Positions 63,939 through 64,000 of a stretch of 64,000 bases of DNA are shown piece after piece. The notes below the pieces were generated by a model, which saw only the letters and a program-made list of their open reading frames with translations, had not been told where the DNA came from and did no database searches. Within the stretch, counting starts at the first letter, position 1; the number at the start of each line of letters is the position of its first letter. Made by a program: the position numbers and the translations under genes. The stretch lies in contig CBDCZH010000010.1 of assembly GCA_965224485.1 (NCBI GenBank), positions 1 through 64,000 of the forward strand. The letters are read 5' to 3'. The DNA is from Arcobacteraceae bacterium. Lineage in GTDB: Bacteria > Campylobacterota > Campylobacteria > Campylobacterales > Arcobacteraceae.

Positions 63939-64000
63939 TTTGAGAGTTTTTAAGTTTGTAGGTTAGTAGGTTTTTAAGTTGGTAAGTTTGTAGGTTGTAT
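63939..64000. repeat. Degenerate 8-bp tandem repeat (consensus TTtgTArG), at least 7 units, near the window end
   Basis: TTTGAGAG TTTTTAAG TTTGTAGG TTAGTAGG TTTTTAAG TTGGTAAG TTTGTAGG. Confidence 0.75.

Overview
AT-rich chromosomal segment of a Campylobacterota bacterium; gene content and protein sequences are most consistent with Arcobacteraceae (inference). In order: a heavily frameshifted two-partner-secretion adhesin gene (FHA N-terminal domain, GLUG motifs, 8 YDG repeats, MBG domain) interrupted by an IS110-family element, then its intact TpsB transporter; hisA/hisH, comF, an MqsR-MqsA-GIY-YIG islet, lepA, a CadF/OmpA-type protein, prs, two tandem mnmA genes of different types, folK, an M24 peptidase, aroQ, a putative mqnF and sppA; an ~18 kb acetate-use island (2 ackA, pta, 3 solute:sodium symporters each with a small partner protein, 2 CBS/DUF294 nucleotidyltransferase + DEDDh pairs, a Cache-domain two-component system); a duplicated tRNA Lys-Glu-Val-Asp operon; mqo, ileS, murE, a MoxR/vWA operon, rpsB-tsf, gmk, a REC-GGDEF-EAL protein, ccoI/ccoS and a small cytochrome c. 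The strongest finding is the IS110 element. Its ends can be placed exactly (CT core; removing it restores the local host reading frame), and its non-coding end folds into a bridge-RNA-like structure whose guides match the element's own junction and, imperfectly, the insertion site. Also notable are the repeated nucleotidyltransferase/DEDDh module beside acetate permeases and a shared 11-bp-period direct-repeat box at three promoters of that island. All calls were made by eye; no searches or folding programs were run.
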